DNA of 64,000 bases, taken from NCBI GenBank assembly GCA_963668175.1, contig OY764159.1, forward strand, positions 2,656,001 to 2,720,000, given 5' to 3'. Below are positions 1 to 9,176 of this stretch, piece by piece. The stretch comes from Syntrophales bacterium (lineage in GTDB: Bacteria; Desulfobacterota; Syntrophia; Syntrophales; PHBD01). The notes below the pieces were generated by a model. That model saw only the letters and a program-made list of their open reading frames with translations, was not told the DNA's origin and made no database searches. A program made the position numbers and the translations under genes. Within the stretch, counting starts at the first letter, position 1; each line of letters begins with the position of its first letter.

Positions 1-1
1 G

Positions 2-2992
2 GGCGTCCTCGGCGAGGCGGTGGGACGACAGGAGCCGGACGTTGCTCGTCAGGAGAAAGTACTGCTCCTCGCCGTTGACGACATCCACGAGGCCGTGGGA
101 CGCGTCGTAGAAGACGAAGAGGTCGTTGGGCTTCACGATCTTCCGGATGTCTTCGAAGGCCTTCGCGATGGCTTCCTTCGTGGTGGCGTCAGGCGTCGTC
201 ATCGTCCGGACGTCCGTCTTTCCGAAGAGGGGCGCGGCCGCCTGCTTGAGGGCGGCGGCGAAGGCGACGGCGTCGGGGACGGCGTAGGTCAGGGAAATCG
301 TCGTGTTTTTGTACGTGTTGATCCCGACGACGATGGCGTAGAGGTCTGCCTTCCGGGCGGCCGCCTGCGACGTGACGACGGCGACGGCCGGGCTCGATTC
401 CATGGAGTTGTCGCGGTTCCCGGCTATGGCACGGATCTCGTTCGGACCCGCCACGAGCGGCACGGTGAAGGAGATCGTCCTTTCCCGGTCCGTCGTCTTG
501 CCCTTCACGGCCACGCCCCGCGTGTCGTTGGCGACCTGGGCGCCGTTGAGGTAGATCGTGACCGGGCCGATGCCGCCGCCGGCGTCGGCGATTTTCACGA
601 CGACCTCGACGCTGTCGCGGTCGGTCGTCGCACGGGCGGCGGGCGACAGGATCGTAACGGCGGGCGCGGGCTTCTGCGAGGCGATGTCCCCGATCTGCTC
701 GCCCCTGGGAAGTTCTTTCCCCGCGAGGGCCATCTCCACAAGCTCAGGGCGGAAGTATCTCGAATAGAACTGGTCGACGGCGTAGACTTTCGCCCCGACG
801 CGGACGTTCATGTGCTTCGCGCCGTCGGGCGAGGCGTTGAAGTACCCATCGGGCGTGTAGGCGATCCATTCCCCGTCGACGAAGTTGATGAACCGGACCA
901 GCTCGCGTCCCGTCGCGATATCCCAAATCCGGCTCACCGCACCGAAGCCGTCGTTCGTGAGGACGAAGCGCGAGTCCGGGGATATCGCCGATCCGTTCAG
1001 GGCGCGGGTGAACGTGACGTTCATTTTCACCCCCTCGAACTGCCGTATCTCCTTGCCCGAGGCGGCGTCCCAGAGGCGGGATACCTCGTCGCCGTGGCAC
1101 CTGGCGAGAATCAGGCGGCCGTCGGCCGACCAGGCGACGGAATCGATGGTGCGCGATTGGTTGCGGGATTGGTCCCGGTACAGGATTTTCACTTCCCTGC
1201 CCGTGTCCGCGTTCCAGATGCGGACCGTCGAGTCCCAGCCGCCGGAGACGAGCGATTTGCCGTCGGGAGACCAGGCGACCGCCGTCGCGTCCTCCTCGTG
1301 TCCGCGCAGGGTTTTAAGCTCGCGTCCGGAGGCCGTGTCCCAGATTCTTATGGTGCCGTCGGTGCCGCACGAGACGAGCCTCTTGCCGTCGGGGCTGAAG
1401 GCGACGTTGTAAACCCCTGTGAATTTCTTGTTGACGTCGCGGGAATCCTTGCGGACGTGCCCGGCGAACGTTTTCAGGAGCGCGCCCGAGGCTGCATCCC
1501 AGAGCTTGACCAGCGCGTCGTTCCCCGCCGAGGCGAGGTAGCGGCCGTCGGGCGACCAGGCGACGGAAAGCGCGCCTTCCTCATGTCCGGGCAGCGACAG
1601 GATTTCCCGCCCGGTATGCGAATCCCAGATGCGCACCGTGTTGTCGAGGCTTGCCGTGGCGATGGCGACTTTCGCCGGGGAAAAGGCCGCCCCGGCGACC
1701 AGCTTCTTGTGTCCGGCGAGGACGGCGACGCGCCTGCCCGCCGCGGTGTCCCAGACGTAGGCGGAGTTGCCGCTCAGCATGGCGGCGGCGTTCCGGTTCG
1801 GGGCGAAGGCCATGTTGGAAATGCTCTCGCCGGTGCCCTCGAAACGCTGCGCTTCGCCTCCGGAGGCCGGGTCCCAGAGGGCGACCTTGCCGAACCGGAT
1901 GAGCAGCAGGCGGCTGTCGGGGGCGAAGACGGCCCTTTCGTATTCCTCCTTCGGGAATATCTTGATGTCCCTGCCCGTCGCCGTGTCGCAGAGCCTGATC
2001 ATGGAGTGGAGGCCGACGACGTCGCCGTCGTGGACGAGGAGTTTCTTTCCGTCGGGGGAGAGGGCGAAGGGGTGCTGCCCCTTCGGCAGGGCCATCGACC
2101 GCAGCAGCCGGCCCGTCGCCGTGTCCCAGACCAGCATCGTCCCGGCCATGTTGCTTGCGGAGACTGCGACAGCGCCGTTTGCGGAAACGGCGAGGAAACT
2201 GACGCTTGCGGTATGCCCGTTGCGGGACCAGATCGTCCTGTCCGTCATGGGGTCCCATAATTCGAGGCCGTTGTCCTCATGACGGGCGGACAGGATCTTG
2301 CCGTCGGGCAGGAATTTGGAATGGAAGGGCGCCGAGCGGGTCAGTTCCCGGAGGACCTTTCCCGTCAGGATGTCCCAGAGCCTGGGCGGTTCGGACTTCA
2401 TCGCCGCCTTGTTGTAGACCTGGGTCAGGGTGTAGCGGCTGCCCGGCGTAATGGTCGTGAAGCCGCCCCCCCTGTAGAAATCGCGGGCAAGCTCGACCCC
2501 GCCCGTTTTCCGGCCCGTGGCGGTTTCCCATACGGAGATGGGCGAGCTCATGCCGGAGACGGCCAGGTATCTGCCGCCGTCGAGGAAAGCCAAGGATACG
2601 CCCAGCACGCTTCCGTTCGTCTTGACCGCATACAGTTCCCGGCCGGTCGCAATGTCCCATGTCTTGACGGTGTCTCCGTTGACGGCGACGACGTACTTGC
2701 CGTCGGGCGATATGTCGACGACGTCGAGTGTGTTGAAGCCGGGAAACGTCCTGATCTCGCGGCCGCTTGCCGCATCCCACAGCATGATCGTACCGCCGAA
2801 GTCCCCCGTCAGGACGTATCGGCCGTCCTGCGACATGGCGGCCTTGTCGGTCCAGCCGCCCTGCCCGAGTTGGGGATATATCTCCGGTTTCTCGTCGGCG
2901 GGGGCGAATCCGGGCGAAGCGAAAAATAAGGCGAGTGCCGCCAGCGCGGCGCAGGCGATGTGCAGGCGAATACGAATCGATCCTCTTTTCAT
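2..2992 (-). CDS. Exported WD40-repeat protein with C-terminal caspase (peptidase C14) domain; 3' end beyond window
   Basis: Missing from the ORF track because it has no stop in the window. ATG at 2992 after GGAGG; signal-like N-terminus MKRGSIRIRLHIACAALAALALFFASPGFAPA; many WD-type repeats (e.g. SQDGRYVLTGDFGGTIMLWD). The left end reads LYAIVVGINTY...LTYAVPDA...DLFVFYDASHG, a C14 His motif. Confidence 0.9.
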   Translation of the reverse strand, partial: MKRGSIRIRLHIACAALAALALFFASPGFAPADEKPEIYPQLGQGGWTDKAAMSQDGRYVLTGDFGGTIMLWDAASGREIRTFPGFNTLDVVDISPDGKYVVAVNGDTVKTWDIATGRELYAVKTNGSVLGVSLAFLDGGRYLAVSGMSSPISVWETATGRKTGGVELARDFYRGGGFTTITPGSRYTLTQVYNKAAMKSEPPRLWDILTGKVLRELTRSAPFHSKFLPDGKILSARHEDNGLELWDPMTDRTIWSRNGHTASVSFLAVSANGAVAVSASNMAGTMLVWDTATGRLLRSMALPKGQHPFALSPDGKKLLVHDGDVVGLHSMIRLCDTATGRDIKIFPKEEYERAVFAPDSRLLLIRFGKVALWDPASGGEAQRFEGTGESISNMAFAPNRNAAAMLSGNSAYVWDTAAGRRVAVLAGHKKLVAGAAFSPAKVAIATASLDNTVRIWDSHTGREILSLPGHEEGALSVAWSPDGRYLASAGNDALVKLWDAASGALLKTFAGHVRKDSRDVNKKFTGVYNVAFSPDGKRLVSCGTDGTIRIWDTASGRELKTLRGHEEDATAVAWSPDGKSLVSGGWDSTVRIWNADTGREVKILYRDQSRNQSRTIDSVAWSADGRLILARCHGDEVSRLWDAASGKEIRQFEGVKMNVTFTRALNGSAISPDSRFVLTNDGFGAVSRIWDIATGRELVRFINFVDGEWIAYTPDGYFNASPDGAKHMNVRVGAKVYAVDQFYSRYFRPELVEMALAGKELPRGEQIGDIASQKPAPAVTILSPAARATTDRDSVEVVVKIADAGGGIGPVTIYLNGAQVANDTRGVAVKGKTTDRERTISFTVPLVAGPNEIRAIAGNRDNSMESSPAVAVVTSQAAARKADLYAIVVGINTYKNTTISLTYAVPDAVAFAAALKQAAAPLFGKTDVRTMTTPDATTKEAIAKAFEDIRKIVKPNDLFVFYDASHGLVDVVNGEEQYFLLTSNVRLLSSHRLAEDA

Positions 2993-3257
2993 CGTGTCCT
3001 CCGAAACGGTCTTTTTGAAGCGGTGTGAAGGCGTTGAAACGGACCCCATTATTCCGCACGCCGCAACGTATTGCAATCGGTTTTTGGGGCGGGGGGGGAG
3101 GGCAGGGGGTAGAGCAGGGCGGTTCGAGAAGAAAGGCGGAGTTGGAGAGAACGAACGATCAAAATTCCCTTGAAATATTATTTAATTGAGAGTATCAGCA
3201 TTCTTACATATTCAATTGCTGAACGATCTATAACCCTATACCTGGAAGGCGCTATGG

Positions 3258-3299
3258 ATTGAAGAATAAAACCCCGTTTCTGAAAAAGAGCGGGGTTTT
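3258..3299. terminator. Hairpin, possible intrinsic terminator
   Basis: AAAACCCCG...CGGGGTTTT inverted repeat with T/A tails. Confidence 0.45.
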
Positions 3300-3325
3300 G
3301 TGTTTTAAAGTCGAGAGAGATTAAT

Positions 3326-3370
3326 AATTAAGTACGCGGCCCCTGACCAGGGGATGGTGCCCCAGACTTT
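3326..3370. repeat. Degenerate, stuttered GGGGAC-family motif (AATTAAGTA...CCCC orientation)
   Basis: aattaagtacgcggcccc followed by atggtgccccagactt; compare 4242 aattaagtatggtgtccccggaatt. Confidence 0.6.
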
Positions 3371-3423
3371 CAAAAAACTTATCATGAATGTCCTTGGAAT
3401 TCGCATTCGACCAGAGGTGAAAA

Positions 3424-4053
3424 ATGACGAGGATTATAATTTTCGTGTTAACACTATTATTCATGCCAACATTGGCTATAACAGCGGGAGAGATCGACAA
3501 TCGACGCTGTGATGAAGCATTTAAGGGATATGTAAAACCTTTACCTGATGAAGTACACATTGGAAAGCTAGGTATTGGTATGCCCGTGGGAAGGTTTCTG
3601 TTGGTTCGAAAAGATAATTTATACTGTGCGATCAGATTTAATAAATATTGGACGGAAAAAGACGGGAAGGAAAAATATTCTTTGTACGAAGTTTACTGCC
3701 AAAGAGACGGTAGCGGAGACTTCTTGAATAAAAATGTTGAATTCAAAGAGAGAAAGGCATCTTTTCTTCCACCGCGTGGTATATTTTATCCGCTCATTTG
3801 GCAGACCGGTACGCCGGAAGTTATCTGCGGCAGCATGAAACTGGTTTGGGATTCAATGTGTGATGTGAATCATGTATGTTTCTTTGAGTTGAGCGATCAT
3901 CCCGCCGGTGAATACGGAATTAAACTGGCCCCGACTCCATGGGCAGACATCAAGGAAGTGAATGTCCATGACGTGCGGATTAGATGGTATAAATATGACG
4001 TATCACGTGAAGAAGTCAATATTCCCGTCGATAAAATATGGAATGGTAAATAA
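3424..4053 (+). CDS. AT-rich exported hypothetical protein
   Basis: 209-aa ORF, GAGG RBS, hydrophobic signal peptide, much lower GC than the flanks. Confidence 0.8.
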   Translation: MTRIIIFVLTLLFMPTLAITAGEIDNRRCDEAFKGYVKPLPDEVHIGKLGIGMPVGRFLLVRKDNLYCAIRFNKYWTEKDGKEKYSLYEVYCQRDGSGDFLNKNVEFKERKASFLPPRGIFYPLIWQTGTPEVICGSMKLVWDSMCDVNHVCFFELSDHPAGEYGIKLAPTPWADIKEVNVHDVRIRWYKYDVSREEVNIPVDKIWNGK

Positions 4054-4153
4054 ACCGTATAATCTAATATCTTCCCGAATGGTCGTCCCCGCATTACGAA
4101 TTTCTGCCTTAATTCTCACCGAATCCAGAAATCAGGCGATGACGACTTCCAGC

Positions 4154-4266
4154 GAGTTCGGGGGACAAGACATAGTTCGGGGGAGACATAGTTCGGGGGA
4201 CAGCATACTTATTTGTAGATGGACTTCTGAGAAGAATGAATAATTAAGTATGGTGTCCCCGGAATT
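4154..4266. repeat. Three stuttered AGTTCGGGGG copies plus an inverted motif doublet (MITE/REPIN-like)
   Basis: agttcgggggacaagacat / agttcgggggagacat / agttcgggggacagcatacttatt, ~28-bp spacer, then aattaagtatggtgtccccggaatt. Confidence 0.85.
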
Positions 4267-4376
4267 GAGCAAAAGCGGCGCAGCCGATCCGGTGCTCGAT
4301 GCGACACTTTCACCACCCGGGCTAGCTTATTGAAATATGATGTCCCACCAGAGTTATTCTAAGCACGAGATATATT

Positions 4377-4854
4377 GTGAATCGACCGATCAAAATTAAA
4401 GTTCCCCCTTTTGCCGATGATCAGTTGGCTGGTGGAAGATATATTTGGCCTATTCCTTTTTTATCATTTATGGTTGGCGCATGCAGAAGTAGCATAACCA
4501 TCGAAGATGGTATTTTGTCCTATAAAGAATCTTGTTCCGCCACATCTCCGGCAAAATCATTTAATTTAAACGATATTTCCAAGTTATTGGTTGTTAGAAC
4601 CAACAATTCAATTGGCTTCACAAAAGAATTTCGGTTAGACAAAAAAAGCCTCTTTCGCGCAACGCATAATTTGGAGTGAAGGCGTGTTCGTAGTCAATAA
4701 GGATGGAGAAAGACAGATTTTAATACCTTCATTCGTCAATACCGGTAAAAATATCTGTATCTGTCTTAACTGGCGATGGGAGATATTTTTAAATAAATTG
4801 AAAATGTCCACTGGTTTACCGCTAGAAATAATTGATGTGCAAGACAGGGCATGA
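4377..4854 (+). pseudogene. AT-rich hypothetical gene split by a frameshift at an A7 run
   Basis: Removing one A from 4641-4647 extends the 100-aa ORF as LDKKASFAQRIIWSEGVFVVNK...DVQDRA to the TGA at 4852-4854. Confidence 0.6.
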
Positions 4855-4933
4855 TGTGAATGACTATTTGTTAGGGCGTACAAATATTCCGCTGGTTCGT
4901 CTAATGTAAACCAAGGAGGGTGTAGATGCGTCC

Positions 4934-4959
4934 GAGTTCGGGGGACACCTTACTTAATT
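4934..4959. repeat. GGGGAC-family motif
   Basis: gagttcgggggacaccttacttaatt, a near-exact reverse complement of 4242-4266. Confidence 0.85.
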
Positions 4960-5006
4960 ATTAAGGAATTTGATCTCAATAGACCTGTGCGAGTTCGCCG
5001 GCGTCT

Positions 5007-5804
5007 CTATGGTTCCCGGAATTCGATCTTCGGTTGTATTTCGGTCATCGCATAGCGAACAAAATGCTCCCCCAGCGGCGTCAATTCAAAATAATCCTCA
5101 TCGTCGAAGGCTGTTCTCGCTGTTGCCGTGTCGCTTCTTCTATGGGTCTGCTCGCTTTCCGGAACGGGATTGCCGTAATAATCCGTATCGCGATGCTGTG
5201 CGATGATCCCGCCCATGCTCAGGTCCCGTATTAACAGCTTGAACAGGTCGCCATCCACGGAATCCTCGCGAACGAAGCCTTGCCCGATCTGTTTCCATAT
5301 GCCTGCCCGGGTTATGCCGTTGCTGTCGTGGACCGCGACGATGACTTTTAAATGAAGATCGGAGTATCGACCGATCCAGTCGAGAAAAAGCCGGATGACA
5401 TCGTCGCTGGTCTTGTCCGTTGCCGCCGCATTCGCCAGGACGTTTCTGATGATATCCCTTTTCCCCCGGCTCTCCGCTCCCGCCCAATCCCGAAACGATT
5501 TCCGCAGAAGAGACCTATACGCCTCGCTGTCCAGCCTTTTTACGACTTTTTCATCCTGGAAATCGAGCCGCGTCATGATGTCGATGAAGATTTCCTTTTT
5601 TTCCGCGAGTTCATCCCTCATCATTCGCGTCCAGTGCTCCATAAAACGTTCGACTTTTTCCCGGTCTGTTTCGGACCAGGCGCCGGCGACGGCGGATAAA
5701 GGATCGCCTGCCGACGGAACGGCACTTGCCGCGCCCGGCGAAGTTCCACGGTTTTCCGAAAACGGCGTTTCTTCCGAATAAATCTTTTTTGTATCCGGCA
5801 TCAT
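5007..5804 (-). CDS. Hypothetical protein, helical with probable C-terminal winged-helix-like region
   Basis: Long ORF with AAGGAG RBS before ATG ATG; ends in ...LIRDL...ELTPLGEHFVRY. Confidence 0.75.
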   Translation of the reverse strand: MMPDTKKIYSEETPFSENRGTSPGAASAVPSAGDPLSAVAGAWSETDREKVERFMEHWTRMMRDELAEKKEIFIDIMTRLDFQDEKVVKRLDSEAYRSLLRKSFRDWAGAESRGKRDIIRNVLANAAATDKTSDDVIRLFLDWIGRYSDLHLKVIVAVHDSNGITRAGIWKQIGQGFVREDSVDGDLFKLLIRDLSMGGIIAQHRDTDYYGNPVPESEQTHRRSDTATARTAFDDEDYFELTPLGEHFVRYAMTEIQPKIEFREP

Positions 5805-6230
5805 GACTCCTTGCGGCAAAGGCGTTCCGTACGTTTAGAAACGGGAAGAATGGGAGCGGGGAAAGCAATCGGGACGCAGTATGGAAACGTGCATCGATTC
5901 TTCACGCTCGAAATGTATCATGCGCCCCTAAACGTTCATATCGTCGCATAGCGGCCGAGCGTTGGCAACCTTTTATTTCCAACAGGAAATCATGGTCGCA
6001 ATTCCAATGGTTGGATATGTTCCCGGGGACACCCCTTGTTCAGGGAGCGCGTCCCTGGTCGTCCAGTGGGGCGGTACTTCATGATTGAGGGCTTTAATAT
6101 CGACCTGGGCATTTGTTTGAGACGGTTCTGTAAGGCCGGAAACCCGATTGATGCAAAGAGAGATCGATCGTGAAGGATGGTTTCCCGAGAATTCACACAT
6201 CCAGCCCGCCACGGACCGGAATAAACCGTG

Positions 6231-6261
6231 GGCGGGAGGGGATGGCACCTTCCCCTCCCGC
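6231..6261 (-). terminator. Hairpin downstream of the MCP gene
   Basis: gcgggagggga...tcccctcccgc inverted repeat. Confidence 0.45.
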
Positions 6262-6273
6262 CTGTCGCGGTTA

Positions 6274-7953
6274 TCAGGCGTCGAAGTTCCGGAACGGTTC
6301 CTGCCGTGGGGCCGGTTCTTCCGGAAAGGGAAGGGCTCCCTGAAAAAACGGAGCATCCTCTCCCACTCCCTCTTTCGCGCCTGCCGACGGGGCTTCCTTT
6401 TCACGGCCGTCCGCTTCCGGCAGCGCCGGCCGGTCTTTTCTTTCCTTGCCGTCGGCGATGAGGGCGGCGGCTGCTCCCGCGCCGAGAGCCGGGCCGCGTG
6501 CCCCTTTCCCCTTCCCGTCGATCAGGGTCGCGAGGTCTTCCACGTAGCCTTTCACCTGCATGGCCTGGGCGCTCATCTCCTCGGAGGCGCTGGCCGATTC
6601 CTCGGCGTTGGCCGCCGTGAACTGCGTCAGCTTCTCCATCTCGGCGACGGCCTTGTTGATCTGGTCGATGCCCTGGGCCTGTTCGCCGGAGGCGGCGGCG
6701 ACTTCGTCGACGATCACGGCGACCTTGCCCGCCAGCTCGACGTTGTGCCGGAAGGCCTCCTGCGTGACCTTCGTCAGGTCGTGGCCGCGCTTCACGTTCT
6801 TAAGGGTCGTTTCGATCAGGCTGCTCGTGCTCTTGGCCGCCTCGGCCGACCGCATGGCGAGGCTCCTCACTTCGCCCGCCACGACGGCGAACCCCGCGCC
6901 CTTCTCCCCGGCGCGCGCCGCCTCCACCGCCGCATTCAGCGCGAGCAGGTTCGTCTGGAAGGCGATGGCGTCGATGGTCTTCACGATCTTGCCCGTCTCC
7001 TCGCTCGACTTCATGGCCTCCGTAATGGCCTCGGACATGTTGCCGATGTGCCGGTCCACGTCCGTGACGATCCCCTTGACTTCCGTCATCATGGACTTGG
7101 CCTTCATGGCGTTGTCGGCGTTCAGCTTCGTCATGGAGGCAAGCTGGTCCGTCGAGGCGGACGTCTCTTCCAGGGAGGCGGCCTGTTCGGACGCGCCTTC
7201 CGCCAGGGCCTGGCTCGATTCGGCCACCTGGGACGACCCGGCGGCCACCTGCTCGGCCCCGTCGGAGAGGCCGGCGATGATGCCGTGGAGCGACCGGCTG
7301 ATGGAAACGCTCAAAGCGATGCCGAAGGTGAGACCCAGGGCGAAGCCGACGACCGTGAGGCCCGTCATTGAAAAGAGGCTCGTCTTGAAGAGGCTCGCAT
7401 TGTCCGCGTTGATCTCACGGGCGTTCTCTTCCTGGAGCCTCGTCACCTCTTCCAGGATATTGCCCACGGCGGCGACCTTCTCCTGCCCCGTCCCCCCGGA
7501 AAGGTCGCTTGAGAGCCGTTTCTCCGCCGGCGCTTCGTTCTTGGCGAGGTCGATCACCTGCTTGTGGACGGGCTCCCATTCGGCGATGGCGAGAGACAGG
7601 CTCGTCATGAGGGCCTTGCCCTTCTCCGTCTGGAAGAACGGCCGGGCCTTCTGAATATTCTCCTTGAAGGATTCCAGGCTGCGCTTGCTGCGGGCGAGGT
7701 ACTGGTTCCGCTGGTCCTGCGTCGAGGCGAGGAGGGCGCTCTTCTCCGCGGACGTGGCGAGCAAAAGGTCGATGTACGCCGCCTTGGCGGACGAGAGGCA
7801 TTTCAATTCCTTCTCGTACATGCCGAGGGCCTTGTTGTTGATGCTTCTCATGTTCATGATGCCGATGGCCCCGACGGCGACCGTCAGCGTCGAGACGATG
7901 GCGAAGGCCGCAATCAGCTTCGTTTTGAGGGATATTCTGCCGAGTAGTTGCAT
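6274..7953 (-). CDS. Methyl-accepting chemotaxis protein with four-helix-bundle sensor
   Basis: Two TM segments; signalling motif [37 protein letters not shown]. Confidence 0.95.
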   Translation of the reverse strand: MQLLGRISLKTKLIAAFAIVSTLTVAVGAIGIMNMRSINNKALGMYEKELKCLSSAKAAYIDLLLATSAEKSALLASTQDQRNQYLARSKRSLESFKENIQKARPFFQTEKGKALMTSLSLAIAEWEPVHKQVIDLAKNEAPAEKRLSSDLSGGTGQEKVAAVGNILEEVTRLQEENAREINADNASLFKTSLFSMTGLTVVGFALGLTFGIALSVSISRSLHGIIAGLSDGAEQVAAGSSQVAESSQALAEGASEQAASLEETSASTDQLASMTKLNADNAMKAKSMMTEVKGIVTDVDRHIGNMSEAITEAMKSSEETGKIVKTIDAIAFQTNLLALNAAVEAARAGEKGAGFAVVAGEVRSLAMRSAEAAKSTSSLIETTLKNVKRGHDLTKVTQEAFRHNVELAGKVAVIVDEVAAASGEQAQGIDQINKAVAEMEKLTQFTAANAEESASASEEMSAQAMQVKGYVEDLATLIDGKGKGARGPALGAGAAAALIADGKERKDRPALPEADGREKEAPSAGAKEGVGEDAPFFQGALPFPEEPAPRQEPFRNFDA

Positions 7954-8359
7954 AAGTCACACTCCGTGAGGGGGATATACGTCATAGGGGGTCGGCGTCC
8001 CGTGCACGGGCGCATGACAGGCGGGAAACGGATCACGGTATGACGATGTAATACTACAATGGGGGCGACACCATTGTCAACCGATTTGTATGCAGACGCC
8101 GCCGCCGAAGGAAAGACCTGCCAGCGACATTAACTATATGAATTAAAAGGCGATATCACGGATAGGCGCTGCGGATGGGGAAGGGGATTTTGGGAAAAAG
8201 GATCGGCGGAAGCAAATTTATGGAAAAATTTTCATCCTTATGTGAGCGATGTCACAGAAGGGAGTTCGACATCCTCCCGCGAACAACGGGGATGCCCGTG
8301 CGGCCGGTCACGGACGGCTTCCATCGGGCCGCGGCGGGCGGCAGACCCATTATGAGAAC

Positions 8360-8698
8360 CTAGCCTTTTTCCGGCTGGAAGCCGGACCGGGCTTTCTGCA
8401 TGTTTTCCCTGAAAGATTCGAGGCTCTCTCTGCTCTGCGCCGTGAACCCTTGCTGCTGTTCCTGCGTCGAGAAGAGAAACACGCTCTTATCGGAGATCGT
8501 GGCGAGCAGCGTGTCGACAAACGCCGCCCTGGCGGACGAGAGACATTGGAGCTTCGGCGTGTAAAGGGCCGGGGCCGAACTGTTTTCGCTTTTCGTGTGC
8601 AGGACGCCGGCGGCTACGGCGGAAACCGCCACCACCGAAACGACGGCAACCGCCGCCATCCATTTTATCCTGAGGGACGATTTCGTGAAAAAACGCAT
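8360..8698 (-). pseudogene. Truncated duplicate of the MCP 5' end
   Basis: LQCLSSARAAFVDTLLATISDKS...SLESFRENMQKAR matches [26 protein letters not shown]...[13 protein letters not shown]; the upstream DNA is duplicated too. Confidence 0.8.
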
Positions 8699-9107
8699 AA
8701 GTCACACTCCGGGAACGGAAATAGGTCATAGGTGTTCAGAATTCCGTGCACGGGCGCGTGACAGGCGGGATAGAAAACGCCGTATGGCATTGTCAGACTA
8801 CATCAGTGTTTCAGGATTGTCAACAAAAATGTGTACGAGACGAAAGAAAGGGGCGGCAACCCGGCGGGGGTATCGAAAAGGATAAGTGAACGATATCTTG
8901 ATCATTATGGCAAAAGGAAGCGGCGGGGCAGGGCGGTGAGGCAGGAAAATATTTTCGCACGGGGGAGCTTTGCGAGAAGCAGGGGGATTTGCTGCGGCCG
9001 TCGCGGACGTCGCAACCGGCGACGACGGCGGCGGGGCGGCGACAAACGTGCAGGAAAAGGCAACGGTGTCGGCAAAGCTAAAGCGCTGCGAAAAACAAGG
9101 ATTTACA

Positions 9108-9136
9108 TTGACTTGAGGGTTTGCGGCCTCTATAAT
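9108..9136 (+). promoter_or_regulatory. Sigma70-type promoter of the patatin gene
   Basis: TTGACT-17 bp-TATAAT. Confidence 0.7.
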
Positions 9137-9176
9137 CGGCGCGAGGGGGCATCAACAGGAAAAGGAGAGGAAGGAC

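Noticed and set aside
20..2260. 746-aa plus-strand ORF, and similar long ORFs such as 28987..30945, 14913..16436, 39316..40920 and 56161..57657
   Set aside because: These are antisense shadows of real GC-rich genes, with no recognisable motifs and Arg/Gly/Val-biased composition.
4154..4266. Short repeats as a mini-CRISPR or integron attC array
   Set aside because: Spacing is irregular and very short, orientations are inverted, and no RYYYAAC/GTTRRRY attC box structure is present.
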